From positions 124,001-188,000 of the forward strand of contig QPGO01000112.1 in NCBI GenBank assembly GCA_008632985.1: a stretch of DNA of 64,000 nucleotides, read 5' to 3'. Shown here piece after piece: positions 31,828 to 44,865 of the stretch. Position numbers and translations under genes: made by a program. The notes under the pieces are model-generated. The model saw nothing but the letters and a program-made list of their open reading frames with translations, did no database searches and was not told where the DNA came from. Source of the DNA: Psammoneis japonica (taxonomy: Eukaryota). Every line of letters starts with the position of its first letter. Position 1 is the stretch's first letter.

Positions 31828-34800
31828 TGATGAAAAGCAGATCACAAAGGTTTCTCTTGTTCAGAGCTTTCCAAATGACAGCTGTGCCCAAGTTGTCCTT
31901 CTGTCTTGTGCTGCCTGCAGCAAATGTCTTGCATTTTTGTGTGTCTGTGAAATGCTGAGGAGCTCTTTGCTCTTTGCAGACTGACAACTTGTCTCCAGTG
32001 GCGTCAATGAGGAGCACCAAGAAGCAAGCAAAGCCTTGGCAGGCAAGCAGCTGTTTGGGGCATTGACAAAGTCTTGTTTTTCATTTGACCCAGTTGTGCC
32101 AACAAACATTGCATCAACTCAGCCCAGCGCAGCCTTTCAATCACTTGTCTTTTGTTGGGCAGGCAGGTGTGTGGATGAACAGCCACAAAAATCTCCCTGT
32201 TGTTTGGAGTTGCAAAGGGTCAAAGATCTTTGATGGGAGCTCCATCTCTTCACAATGAGCGCCAAAGTTAATGTTTGCCCAGTCATGCACAGGCCCCTTC
32301 TTGTTCTTGTGGCTGGGGTGGCATCAGCAAGCGCCAACTCTGCTCATGTTGCAGAGCTCCATTTTTGCAGTTTGTGGCTGCAGCCGGGTCATGTGCACCC
32401 ATGCAGTGGGGCCAGATGCACTTGGCAATGGCTCAACATGTGTGCAAGAGTCTGTGCATTGATTGGTGGGGCTCCAAGTTTGTGCCATGCACGCAGAAGA
32501 TGAGCAAATCTTCCATCAACTGAGCAAGCTGGTGAGCATGCTGTGTGGCTCAGTGGCTTGAACATGTGTTTTTCTGCTGGCATGCATTGTCATTCCAGCC
32601 TGTCTGTCTTTGTCCTGCTCTTGGTCTTTGATGGCATTGATGTTGATGTCTCTTTGTTGTGTTGTTGTCTTTGCCAATGGTGTTGTCATCAAGTGTTTTG
32701 CTGCTCCAGGCTTGGCATGAGATGAGCCGCGGGAGGTGCAGTCTTGTCCTCCTCATTGTTTCTGGATTTGCACATTTTGTTGTTGGGTGCATCTGCCTCA
32801 CCATTGTCACACAACTCCATTGATGAAAGAGATGTGTCATCCCCATCTTTTTCATTGGATGAAGACATGGGTGGTGTGCATGTGGGTGTGTGGTTGGCAG
32901 AAAAATGGCTGATGCTGAGCCTGGAACACCCCTGTTGTCAGGCCCAGAAGCTCTTGGCTTTTGCATCTTCACCCAAGCACCCTTGCTTGTCTGAGAACCA
33001 GTTGGAAGACAAGCACCATTCCCACCCAGCAATGAGAGCCAAGGAAGGTGAGCAAGGTGGTGCCTCCTTTCAAGCTGAGGCTCTGGCTGTCAACCTTGTC
33101 TTGGCACTTGTCTTGACGACTGCAGATGTGGACAGCAGCAGGCAGGTCAAACACCAGCTGTTGGCATTTCCCAGAAAGCTGCTCATCTCCCACAAGAAGG
33201 CCCGCTGCATTGGAAAAACATGAAGATTTTTCCAGCTGCCCTGATGGCTGGGCACAGGCCAGTGAGTGGCTTTTAAAGCACCAAATGCGCAGCTTTCTTT
33301 TGTTGTTTGCTTTTTATTTTCAAGGCATGAAAGTGGCCATTGGACAAAATGTTTGTGGTGCTGAGCAAAGAAGTGGCCCACGGCATTTGTTTTCAAGCAA
33401 AAAGGGGCATGTGTGTGCAGCTGAGTCTGGAACAAGCAAAGTCCATTGTGCTCTTCAATGTGGTTCTGCATGGTTGAAGTTGAGAAGAGCCAGCAAGAAC
33501 ATCACAAAACAAAAGAGTTGCCAAATGCTCTTGTGACAACATGAACAAGATGCTTCCAACAGGCAAGCTCCTCATGCAAGCTGGCCTCTGTCAAGCAAGT
33601 GCAGCTGGGAGGGTGTGTGCAAAGACTGTGCAAAAACATGTGCCCTGCACCATGGGGTTTGCAAATGTGGTGCAAGCAACACTTCTGCAGCACTGACAAG
33701 AACCACCAGTCATGCCTGGCTTGCACCCATCAATGCAAAAAGGAACACTGTCACACAGTCATCAGCAAAATTTCAATGAATGGCAAGCAAGCAGGAGGGC
33801 ATCATCCAAAGCTGTTTGAGACTTGAGCCAGACTTTGGTGTTTTTGTTTTCCTTTTTCTTGCATGTTTGAGCTTCAGTCATGATCATGGCATTCATGACA
33901 CAAACAATTGTTGCAATGAACAGAAAAATCTTCAAGATCAAAACTCAGGGTACGATGTTGCAAGCTGCCTGGGGACAAGCTGGAGACAAGCCTGCTGCAA
34001 CAAGTGGCTGCTGCCAACTCTCAGACAGTCACACTCGAAAATTCACAGCAGCTCTTTTCAACTCACTCTCTCCATCTCACCAGGCAGATTGTGATCTTCT
34101 CCCACTTGGCCTCTGTCTTTTCTCAAAAAAGTTTTCATTGTGAAAAAAGTTGAGATCTTTGCTGCTGATGAAGTGGCGCACTGCACCAGACTGCCATTTT
34201 CCCCCAAAGCTCATTTTTTTTCTTCCATCTTTTGCTTGACTTTGACCCTCTCAACAAGATTAAGAAATTTCATTTGCGCTTGACAGCGCTTGTGCACACA
34301 GTCATGTGCACCCACCACAATGGCTCTGTCCCTCTCCAGCTTCCAACAGAAACACACAGGCACAGTCACACAAAGCTGATCTTGCCAACAAAGTGGCGCC
34401 AAACATGCCAAACCAGTGTTCCCCTCAAAGCTCACTTTTTTTCTTCCAGCCCTCACCGCTTCAGCACTTTGACCTTTCTCACAAGATCAGGAAGCAAATC
34501 TCATTTGCTGGTCAGTGGCCATGTGCATGGCATGCTGGCAAAGCTGCTTTGCTCCTGTCTCCTGGCGGCACAGACATGTGGGAGAGTGCAGTTGCACAAA
34601 ACCAATCTTGCCAACAAAGTGGCGCTGCAGCGCCAAACTGCTGTTTGCCTCAAAGCTTGCTTTTCTTCTTCTTGCATCCTCTGCTTCATTTTGATCTTTG
34701 ATCATCTTTGCAACATTGCTTTCTTTGTGTGCACCATTTGCAGCAACTTTGCTGTCCCCAGCAGAGACACACAGGAAAGCACAGTCACACCGCCACAAAA

Positions 34801-36235
34801 CACATTTCATCATGCACAGCTCTGTGTGCTTTTTGTGCATTTTTGGCACCCAGCCCATGCAAGAAAATTCAAGAAGAACACACTAAAAACAGTGCCATCT
34901 GTGCAGCTCTGGGCAAGAAGAATGCAATGACAGGCAAACAAGAATGTGGTCAGCATGGCTGCATTTTTTCAACTGTTTTGATTTTTGCTGTGGCAAAATT
35001 TCTCAAATGATGCTCTTTTCTCTGTCAACTTGGGGCTGAACAACAAGAGCTGCGCATGTCTTTGTGGTGTGTTGGGGTGTTTTCTGAGACATCATGATCC
35101 ACCTGTTTTGAGCTCTTGCCAGTGATGCCTTTGCTTTTGATGGGTGCCACACACACACACACAAAAAACACAGCTCAGTCTTGAAGGGGGGGGGGGGGGG
35201 GGCAAATGATCAAAAAGCTCAAACACAAGTGAAGCAGGTCAAAAAACCCAAGTCCAGAATGACTGCTTTGGCACTAGCAACACAACACAAAATTGACGCA
35301 ACCATTTTGGTTCCTTCTGAGCAGCACACCTTCTTCTCATTTGAGCATTTGAACGCTGTTGTTGTTGACAAACCACCCTCACCTCTGTTCCCACAATTCA
35401 TCAAAGATTGGTGGGGTGGCACTGCTGCATCCAAAGTCATTTCCCCAAGATTCTTCTCTGTCCACCAAAATGATTTTCTCAACACTGCTCTTGTTCTGCA
35501 TGAGCTCTTCACATGTGCAATGAAGAGTGAGTGCATGTCTTTCAAAACACCCAAACATGGTGCAGCAAAAGAGATTGCAAAGCAATCTCTCTCAAATGTG
35601 CCTGAAAAATGAGAGCTTGCAGAGCTGCACAAAACTCAAGGCTGTTGTTGAAAGTGATCTGAGAAAAGAAACAATCAAAAAATTGGGGAGGGGGGGGGGG
35701 TTGTTCCACCAGATCTGTTCAGACACAAAAACAAGTGGCTGCAGAGGGAGGACACAGACACAGTGCCTGACCTTGGCACGTGTGCATTTCTGACATCAGG
35801 GGGGGGGCAAATCACCAATGAGCCGTTGCATCAGCAGATGACCAGACCCCAGCGGTCTCCCCCAACAAAAAAAGCCCAGCCAAGATTTTCAATCAAGATG
35901 TTGTCAACCCAGTCAGAAAAGTGAAATTCAACAAGTTTGAAACCACGCAAAATGTTCAATGTGACAGTTGCCATCTAAATGGCAGCTTCTGCAATGGAGT
36001 GTTTTTGTGAAATCTTGCATTGAACAATGAAAAACAACTCTGCTCATGGTTTTTTATCTGCTGAGCTGCCATCAACTCCAGCTTGCAAATCCTGGTGCAG
36101 CCCACCATGTGGGCTTCTTCATCACCCAAGTCATCAAATCCTTCCCCTGCTTGCTTTGGCTGCCATGGCTGGTTGCAGCTGCTTTGCACAAATCTCCCCA
36201 CTGGCCAAGTCATGCACTCATGATGATGCAACACA

Positions 36236-36644
36236 CAGCTGCCAACAAGAGCCAATGCATCACAGCGACGTGTTGCAGCCTTTAAATGTCACAAAGGGCG
36301 TGACAAAAACAACCTTTTGTCTGCATGCATGCTGCACAACCATTGTGCAGGAGGCCAGGGGTTCGAAACCCTGAGTGGGAGTTGTCTGCAGCAACGTTGA
36401 TCACTGTCGAATGCGCAAAACTCTGTGCAGTTCTGTGTGTTCCTTCGCAGGTGCCCACACTGTTCCACCAAAACCATGCCGTGTCAGCACACGTTGGCAA
36501 AGTGCCGCATGGACGCGTGACACATGGGGAGGAGTGCAATGTGCAGCTGCCAATGAGAGTCAATGCATCACGGCGACGTGTTGCAGCCTTTAAATGTCAC
36601 AAAGGGCATGACAAAAATGACCTTTTGTCTGCATGCATGCTGCA
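36236..36644. repeat. Two ~100 bp direct repeats (36236-36336, 36544-36644)
   Basis: cagctgccaa..agag.caatgcatcac.gcgacgtgttgcagcctttaaatgtcacaaagggc.tgacaaaaa..accttttgtctgcatgcatgctgca. Confidence 0.88.
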
Positions 36645-37080
36645 ATGATGTTTCACCACCTGATCTCCACGACTGGCTCCTTGAAGAGCTTCTTGTGTTG
36701 GCCAGTCTCTTGCTCTTCCTTGGCATTGCATCATGTCCTGTGCCTGTTCCTGTGCCTTCCTTTGCTGGGGTTGAGCTGCTCAGTGCCAAGTGCTTGAGTC
36801 ATCTGGCTCACTTTTCTCTTCTTTCCAATGACCTCCTGCTCTGCAAGCCCCTTGTTGTTGGCGATGCTCTCAAGCAACAACATCTCTCAGAGCTGAGAGC
36901 TGCTCCTTTCTTTTTGTTGTGAGATGCCCCTGTGTCATTGGAAACAGTGCAGGAGTGCTGCTGGCATCAGTTTTGCACATTGCTCAAATCATCAATGCCT
37001 GTGCAAGACAGCACACAAAATCCAAAATGATTTGGTCAGCCTCATGGGGCAAGAATGGCCGTGTGCTTGCTGGAAAAAGG

Positions 37081-40000
37081 GGGACACTTTTCTGCGCAAG
37101 CACCTGTTGATGGCTTCTGTGTGGAACTCTGCACAAAATTTGTGCTGAAAATTCATCGCCATGACGAACCCTCCACCGCCACAGGTTGGCCACACCAGTG
37201 ATCCTCAGTCTGATCCCCCCTGTTTTGGATGATGCTCCACCCACACCCGCCAGAACTGGGCCCGGAAAACCTGAAAGCACTGCGCTTGAGGAAATTGCCA
37301 CCCGTTTTGAGTTGACCTCATCTGACGACAACGCATCCACGGTTTTGGCCATGGGTCATGCTGCCATCCTCAACACCCTCCAACAGAAAGCCTCCCAAGA
37401 CCCACAGATGAATCAGATGTTGATTCTGTCAAACCGTGGCCTGAAAATTCCCAAAATCAACATTGTGGAGTGGGCTGCCAGACTTGCTCACTCTCAACAC
37501 TTTGTTGTGCACTGCATCGGAGGTTCGCGCCGTCGTTCCCCAACGTTTGTCATTGCACACTGCACCCGAACATCCTTGTCCCTTGCTGATGTTAGGAACA
37601 CTCCTTTCATCAACAAGGCATTGAAAGACAATGGCGTCCATGTGCGCCGTCACCATTGGGATGAGACAGTTGTTGATCTTGCTCTCATGGCTCTTCTTGT
37701 TGACTTGCTGCCAAAGCACCATCCAGAAGATGTGGCTCAAAAATCATTGATGGCCCTTCTTCCTCAACACAGCTGCTCGAAAGTGCCCTTCTGGTTGACA
37801 GTCCAGCTGGCTTCATCTCCGAAAGATCCATCTCTTCGGACCAACTTTTGTGCTGTCGAAACACCCCGCAACCACATGAAAGATGCGATCCACGCCCTGT
37901 TGGAAGTTCTGAAAGAGCACCCACTTGCAATGGTCCCATCCCGCTGGTGTTGTTTGCAACCAGAAGCTTTTGACAAAGCAGTCTGCAAACAACATAAGAT
38001 GAGCGCAAAGACTCACGTCATTCCGTTGCTTCACCACACGGAAGCCCATTCGTTCTGTTTGACCAACACAATTAAAAAGGTGAGTGGTGTGCTTGATGTC
38101 GTTCCATCGAAAAACACATCCGCGGTTCAGCGGCACAACATTCTTGTTGACAAGGATTGTTCTCATCAAGCAAAACATTGCATTGCAGAGCACCTTCCAG
38201 AGTGGTTCCAAGCAATTGCAGCAGAGGCAGGAACACCGGACAGTCAACCAAAACCTTTGATCCCCGGCATCAGTGACGACATGTCCGATGCGGTTCAATC
38301 CATCTCATCCACAAGCACTCAAAGTTGGGCATCTCTTGCCATTTCAGACATTTCCCCAGTGGCTTCCATTGCCCCTCCTCCAGAGACAGACTCCAAAGGA
38401 CCTCCAGCACCAAAGAGCATTGGAGTGCATGCAGGTTTTCCTGCACATTCCCAAGTTTTGAAGAACACACCCGGGCAGTCATTCCAGGTGCCATTCCTGT
38501 TTCGGACATGTTGAACCAGTCTACGGAAATTGCTGAATTGCAACAACCAGTTCGTCAAAACCAACAAGCTCAAGAAAAACGTTTTGCAGACCCAGAACAG
38601 AAACATCAAGAATCCATTTCGGCTCGTTCAACTCAGTTGCAGCAGGCACAGTTGCGCCCCAGTTACAAACCACTCTTGCTGCTCAGATGCAGACTGTGAT
38701 GCAAGAGACGTTTGCCTCAGTCGTTCCAGATGTTCCAGTCTCCCCTCATTGCAAGAAGCCAGCTGCGTCGGCTCCAGCAGGTGCTTCCTCTCCCAATCCT
38801 CCTGAGGACACTTTGATGACTGAAGTGGACAATTTGGATTTTCTGCAAGGCAGGCCCAGTCATCCCACCTGCCATTTTCAATGACGCAGACGAAAGTCTT
38901 CCTCCAGTCTTCCTTTGAGGAAGCATGGCATGCTCATGAGGGGTGACACCCCTTTGCATGCAGATGATCCCACTGCTCAGCAGCGGACCCAGTCATTGTC
39001 AGAACGAAATTGTGCCCCACCCTCTGCTTCCATCGATTGCTCCAGATTGTCATCAAATGACCCAGTTGGCGACCATCTCCTCCCCAAATCGTCCGGACAC
39101 ACAAGATCACACACGTTCAATGCCAACGGTTGTTCATTTGACCACTGCGGCAGAGACTTTAATGATCACACACAAGTGGCCATGGAAATCCAAGCCGATG
39201 TCATGGGAATCTCCGAGACGTGTTTGGATGCAACACAATTTCAAGTTCGCCACAGCTGCATGGCAGCAGTGAAACGATCACTCCATCATGGTGGAATCAC
39301 CTGTTCAGCATCCAAGACTCCCTTCTCTGTCCCATGCAAACCAGGGGGTGCTGCTTTAATGTCGTGCAACTCCCTTTCCGCGAGGCATCGAACTCAACAT
39401 GAAGACCCCTTGGGCCACTGGTCTACACAGATTTTTGACGGGAAGCATGGACGTCAAGTTGTGTTTGCATCATGTTGCCGAGTGTGCTCCAATTCGTCGT
39501 CCATTGCTGGCAAGACAACCGCACATGCTCAGCAAGTGGCTTTGCTCCATCAACAAGGCCGAGCAAATCCTGACCCTCATCGCGCTTTCTGCACTGATCT
39601 GACACGCATCCTAGAACAATTTTTGGATGAACAGAATCGCGAAGTGATCCTGGTTGGTGATTTCAATGCAGACTTCTGCCACGATTCTGACACCCCAGCA
39701 TCGATGGCTCAACGATTTAACATGTTGGATGTCATGCATCATCAGTGTGAAGATTTAGACTTCACCACTTGCCTGCGAGGCTCCAGACGTTTGGATTGTG
39801 TTCTGGCAACACCAGGTGCTCTTGCAGCCGCACGGCTCTGTGGGTGCAAGCCACTTGGTTGTTGTGTGTCTTCAGACCACCATGCTTGTTTCGTGGACTT
39901 TGACACAGTTGCCCTGTTTGGCAGCCTGTCAGTGGACCTGCCTCAACCTCAGTTCAGGGATCTTCAAGCTTTGTCGCCCAAGCACATTGCCATGTGTCTT

Positions 40001-43000
40001 GAAACCATGGCACCCATGATCAACAGTCGGAATCTTCAAGAACAAGCAGAAGCTCTGTTTCTTTCAGACACTCCCAATCATGGCCTTGCAGAGCAACCAG
40101 ACCGAGACATGACGCAGTTCTTGCTGGCAGCAGCCAAACATTGCAAATGTTGCAAAGAACCGGAGTGGTCTCTCAAACTGTCTGACCTTTGCAAACAAGT
40201 TTTTGTTTTGTCCAGGATGATGTCCATGTTCTGCAACTGCAAGGATGTGGTGTGCAAACTTTCGTCCTCTTCCTTTCTTCTTCCCATGATGATCCAAGAA
40301 TGCCCAGATGCATTGCGCCGTGCCAAATCAGAATGCCATCAGGTTGCTAAAGAGAGTCAGAAACACCGGGATGCAGAACAAGACACCAAGATTGTGGAGT
40401 TGGAGCTAGAAGGCACCAAAGCATCTGTGGCTCATGCAAATGTTTTGCGCAATCTACGATGCGAGGAAGAGACCAAGAGAGTGCTCCGAAAGATTGACGC
40501 TTGCAAGGAGAAAGCAGACTTGAGCATCAAGACTGTTCAAGTGCCAGCCAACCCTCAAGACAATCCGAAGACATGTGAACATTGGAGGACAGCCGATGCT
40601 CCAGAGGATGTAGCAGCAGCACTTCAGACACGGAATCAATGTCATTTTGGCCAGGCCAAAGGTGCGCCACCCACTGTCCCTCCCCTGTCTGTGGACTTGG
40701 GGCATGAAGGGAACATCATTGTGGTGGAGCTTGTGTTGGATGGGGAACATGACACCAGTCAATTGAATCTTGCCACCTCGTTGCTTGTCCAGCACCTCCG
40801 TAGACACACACCTCCAGCTGTGAGCAATTGTTTGTCTTTGCCACTTTGTTGTCTAAACTGAAGATGTGGCCCAGATCAATGTCTGCCTTGCTGAAATCAG
40901 GATTGCATCTTGGCCATTGGAAGGCTCTGTGTGCCCCTCATTCACACTCCAAAGATCAAGACGCTCAAGGAAATCTGACTCCAAAGAAACCACACCTGGG
41001 CCAGGTGCAGCAAACCTTGTTTGCGACGGGATGCTCGTGCGACCGTTGGAAAGACATCTTCAATGTGATGATCTTTAAAGAGCCAGGGAACAACAAAATC
41101 CATTGACTGCAGGTCATGCACACATGCAAAGCAGACCATCAAATCATCACGAGTGTGAAATGGCAAGAATTGGCACAGCACATGGAGCACCACCGGATGC
41201 ATGATCCCGGCATTTGTGGATGCGCTCATTCCTTTCTGCTCAGAAATGTCACGAGCTTCTCAAAAGATGATGCTGATGAGCAATGATGATTGCACCTCTT
41301 GCTTTGACAGAAATGTTCCCACACTGGTTGGACTTTGCTCTCGGAGCAATGGTGTGCACTCACAAGTTGTTGAAGTTAACGTGGGCACTCCACATCACGC
41401 TGGGTGCTGGCTGCGAACCCTGCTGGGCTTGGCTCAGCGGAGTCATTCCCACACAGAAGATTTGCCTCTGTGCGGCACAGGGCAAGGCAGTGGAAATTCC
41501 CTGTGGCATTGGAACACCCTCTGCAGCCGTCTTTTTGACATTTTTGATTCCAGAGCAATTGGAGCTCATTTCGAAACCCCTGACGGCCGATTTTACATCC
41601 GAGTCTTTAATTGAGGATGCACAGATGACACGTCCAAACAAGTCAATGACTTCCGAGCAAGTCCTCAACCTTCGGTGTTTGATCTGTCCTTTTCTTTACA
41701 ACAGGACAACCAACTCTGGTGTGATTCATTGGATGCAGCTGGGCATGAACTTGAGCTGCCAAAGTGTTCTTTCCATGCCGTTGAGTGGGATTTCACTGAG
41801 TGTGGAGAGCCACACATTCGCCCTTGCCATGAAGACCTTGATGTTGAAATCTTCTCCACAGACAGGTCCAAGTCCGTTCCAGCACACAACTGTCAGCTTG
41901 TGCTCCGCACAAAACCCTCGGACACTGCATGGCTCCAGTTGGTGCCCAGAAGACTCAGCCAAAGAAACTCCAACACAAGAGCGACACTGCAGCTCTTTTC
42001 CTTGGGTTTGATCTTGTCCACTTGATCATGCCAAAACATGGAGATGCTGCCATGCATGTCATCCCTCCTTGATGACCTGTGTTCTCCCCAACTTGACCTT
42101 TCTCCCCAAAGAGTTGCTCACCGTTCAACAGAAAGCAATTCGGGCCACATTTGCCAAATGTGGGTGCAACCGAAACACAAAACGACTCATCTTGTGTGGT
42201 CCACAAGCTCTTGGCGGTGGCAGTTTTTGATCACCAGATGTTGAACAAGGAGTTGCTCAATTGCAAATGCTGCTCAAGCATTCCAGAGGTGTCACAAATC
42301 TTCACCTGGGAGAGGATCAACCCTGCAAATTGCTGCACATTGCAGTCTCATGGATCCAACTGAACTTGGGGACAGGTGTGAGCTTCCTGTGGGATGCAGA
42401 CACTGTCCTCCCACATGTGGAATCGTGTTGGTTTGCTTCCATTCGTGCACTCTTACACAGAATTCAAGGGAAAGTTTGTTTGACACATTCTGGAGGCCTC
42501 CCTCTCCAATGAGACAATGACCAGCACATCATGGATGCTGTCCTCCAGTCCCAACTCTTTTCTCACCGTGAAGTCCGATGGATCAATTGTTGTCGTTTGC
42601 ATCTGCAGGGTGTTGTCCGTGTCTGATGTCACTCTGTCAGATGGCTTGACATTGGATGCTGCAAAGATGGCAGGAGATCCTTTGCTCCAGAACAGCACTG
42701 GCACTTTGAACAACATCAAACAGCAGAAACCAGGAACAAGAGCTTGGACAGCGTGGAGAAAGTTCTGTGCTTTCTTGTGTCATCTGGCATCACAGACTCT
42801 CAAGGAACCTCTTGGCAACTGGTTGGCACCTCCTTCTCGCATGCACATGCAAGCATCAGCATGCTTTGCCCCTTCTGAAGATTGCTTGCACGTCCGATCT
42901 GCCAATGGATGTCAAATTTTTCAAGCAAATGGCACAAGAACTGACTCCATCACAGAGTTGGAGACAGCTCCAACTCCTTCCGAAGAATCTTTCCCTGCAG

Positions 43001-44855
43001 AGCTGTCCACTGCAGAAGATGGTCGATGGGTCTTCACTTTGCCCTGCACTTCATCATCCAACCTTCCGCAGCCCAGGCTGCCAGACACCTTTCAAGACAT
43101 GTTACAATCGCTCTCCCAATGGGAAGCCAAGTTGTCCAAACAACTGGATTTTCATGCATCACCCCAGGTGCTGATTCATCACTTCAAAAACTCAACGTTA
43201 ACCACCGGAAGCGACGGATTTCTTAAAGAAGGTGCTGCATTTGGGTGGACGATCACCCTGGCAGGGACACCACTGGTGGATTGTGCTGGCCCAGTCTTTG
43301 GCAGACGACTGTCATCACATCGGGCAGAGGCTCATGGCATTCTGTCTCTCCTTTGCTTTGTTTGCCGGTTCATGGAATGCTGCAGGTTAGAGAGTTTTCC
43401 AGAGATGGAATTGCTCTGTGACAACAAAGCTTTGGTGTCTTGTCTGGATCAGTTGACTTTTGCCCTTCAGGCACCAACCTCAGAAGACCAGTCAGACAAA
43501 GCAAGAGACTTTCATGTCAGACACCACAGCGCCAACAGTGTGTCCTCTGATTGGGACATTGTCAATGAGATGTTGCGCACCAGTTTGGAAATGGAGAGGA
43601 CACACTCAACAGGTTCACTTGCACCACCGTCACCCATCAAATGGGTGAAAGGCCACCAAGATGGACGTGCTCCAATTCACACACTGCCACTCAACATGAG
43701 AGCAAACATCCATGATGATCGTCCAGCTGGTGCACATCAAGACCAGCACATGTGGGACACTGCCATGGTGATGCCCTTTCCTCACTGTCACTCTTGTTTG
43801 AGTGTTCAAGACGGCATGCTGATGGCAGGTTACAAGCAGCACATCAGACATGCAGCCACCGCCCCACAACTCCTGCAACACATTAGAGAACACAGCCAGT
43901 GGCAACCAGAGGTGATTGACTTGACAGATTGGGAAGCTCATGCCACCCTCATCAAACATCACTCCAAGCAACATGTCGGGACAGTCAAGCCAGTTCACGA
44001 TCTCCTCCCAACCAACAAGATTGTCTGCCAATGCAACTCGGTTTGACCACACCAATGTCTGCACTGCAAGCATCCAATGGAAGATTGGGGCCACATGCTT
44101 CGATGTCCACATGATGAACCTTGGCACAGAAAGTTTTTGCAAGGATTGAGGAGATGTTGTGACCGCATCAATGCCATGCCCACTCTTTGAGATTTCTTGT
44201 TGCATTCCATCGAAGCATGGTTTGCCGGAGAAATGGCGCACCTTGAAGAGGCAGATTGCAGATGCAGATCCCTGTGGCAAGTGCAAACACAGATGTGGGT
44301 TGGAGACAAGTGTTTGGTGGATGGCACTCCTCCCTGTGGAACATCATTCAGTCCGGATGTCTGCAAGATTCAGGTGTTCTTCGTCAGCACCAAGAAGAGA
44401 ACGAACAACCACCAAACTGGACAGTCCAGACAGGGTTGTTTGTCTGGCAGCAATGGCGGGCTTTGTGGGAAGAGCACAACCAGCATGCACATGGACACGA
44501 TGCAGACACTAGAAAATCCACTCAGAGATGAAAAGTGAAGGCCAAATTGACAGCCACATGCAACAAACGTCAGGGGTGCTTGGCACTTGGCAAAAGACCA
44601 AGGGGCATTGCTTGATTCCGCAGAGGAGCATCAGACCTTTGCCATGACACGCATTCAAAATTGGGTCAATGTGGTCAAGCCCAGACCAAAGGAAAGCCTC
44701 AAGGAAGCCAAGAGGCTAACGACTTGCAGCACGCGCACCATTGCCAGTCATTTCTGCCGCATCTCCAAGTGGGGTGTGCTGGAAGTGTGGGTCAGCCGGC
44801 ACCGGTGTTGCTGGGCAAAGGTGCAATGGCACTTAAAATTGGGTTTGTTTTTTTT
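37081..44855 (+). mobile_element. Apparently full-length decayed non-LTR retrotransposon (ORF1 ~37161-38880; ORF2 APE-RT-RNase H ~38915-44780), candidate 10 bp TSD
   Basis: APE: FNANG, GISET, LVGDFNA, RLDCVL, SDH. RT: DCTSCFDR, GTGQGSGNS, GCTDD (YxDD->C, ~41616). RNase H: GSDG, SHRAEAHG, CDN, WVKGHQD. tggaaaaagg at 37071-37080 and 44856-44865. Architecture resembles diatom Ambal-type LINEs (inference). Confidence 0.88.
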
Positions 44856-44865
44856 TGGAAAAAGG

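Larger units (their letters stand above)
30850..37070. mobile_element. Heavily decayed repeat-derived DNA (TA- and CG-depleted), family unrecognised
   Basis: Manual count for 32401-33000: ~0 TA, ~3 CG. No credible ORF; internal repeats present. Confidence 0.6.
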
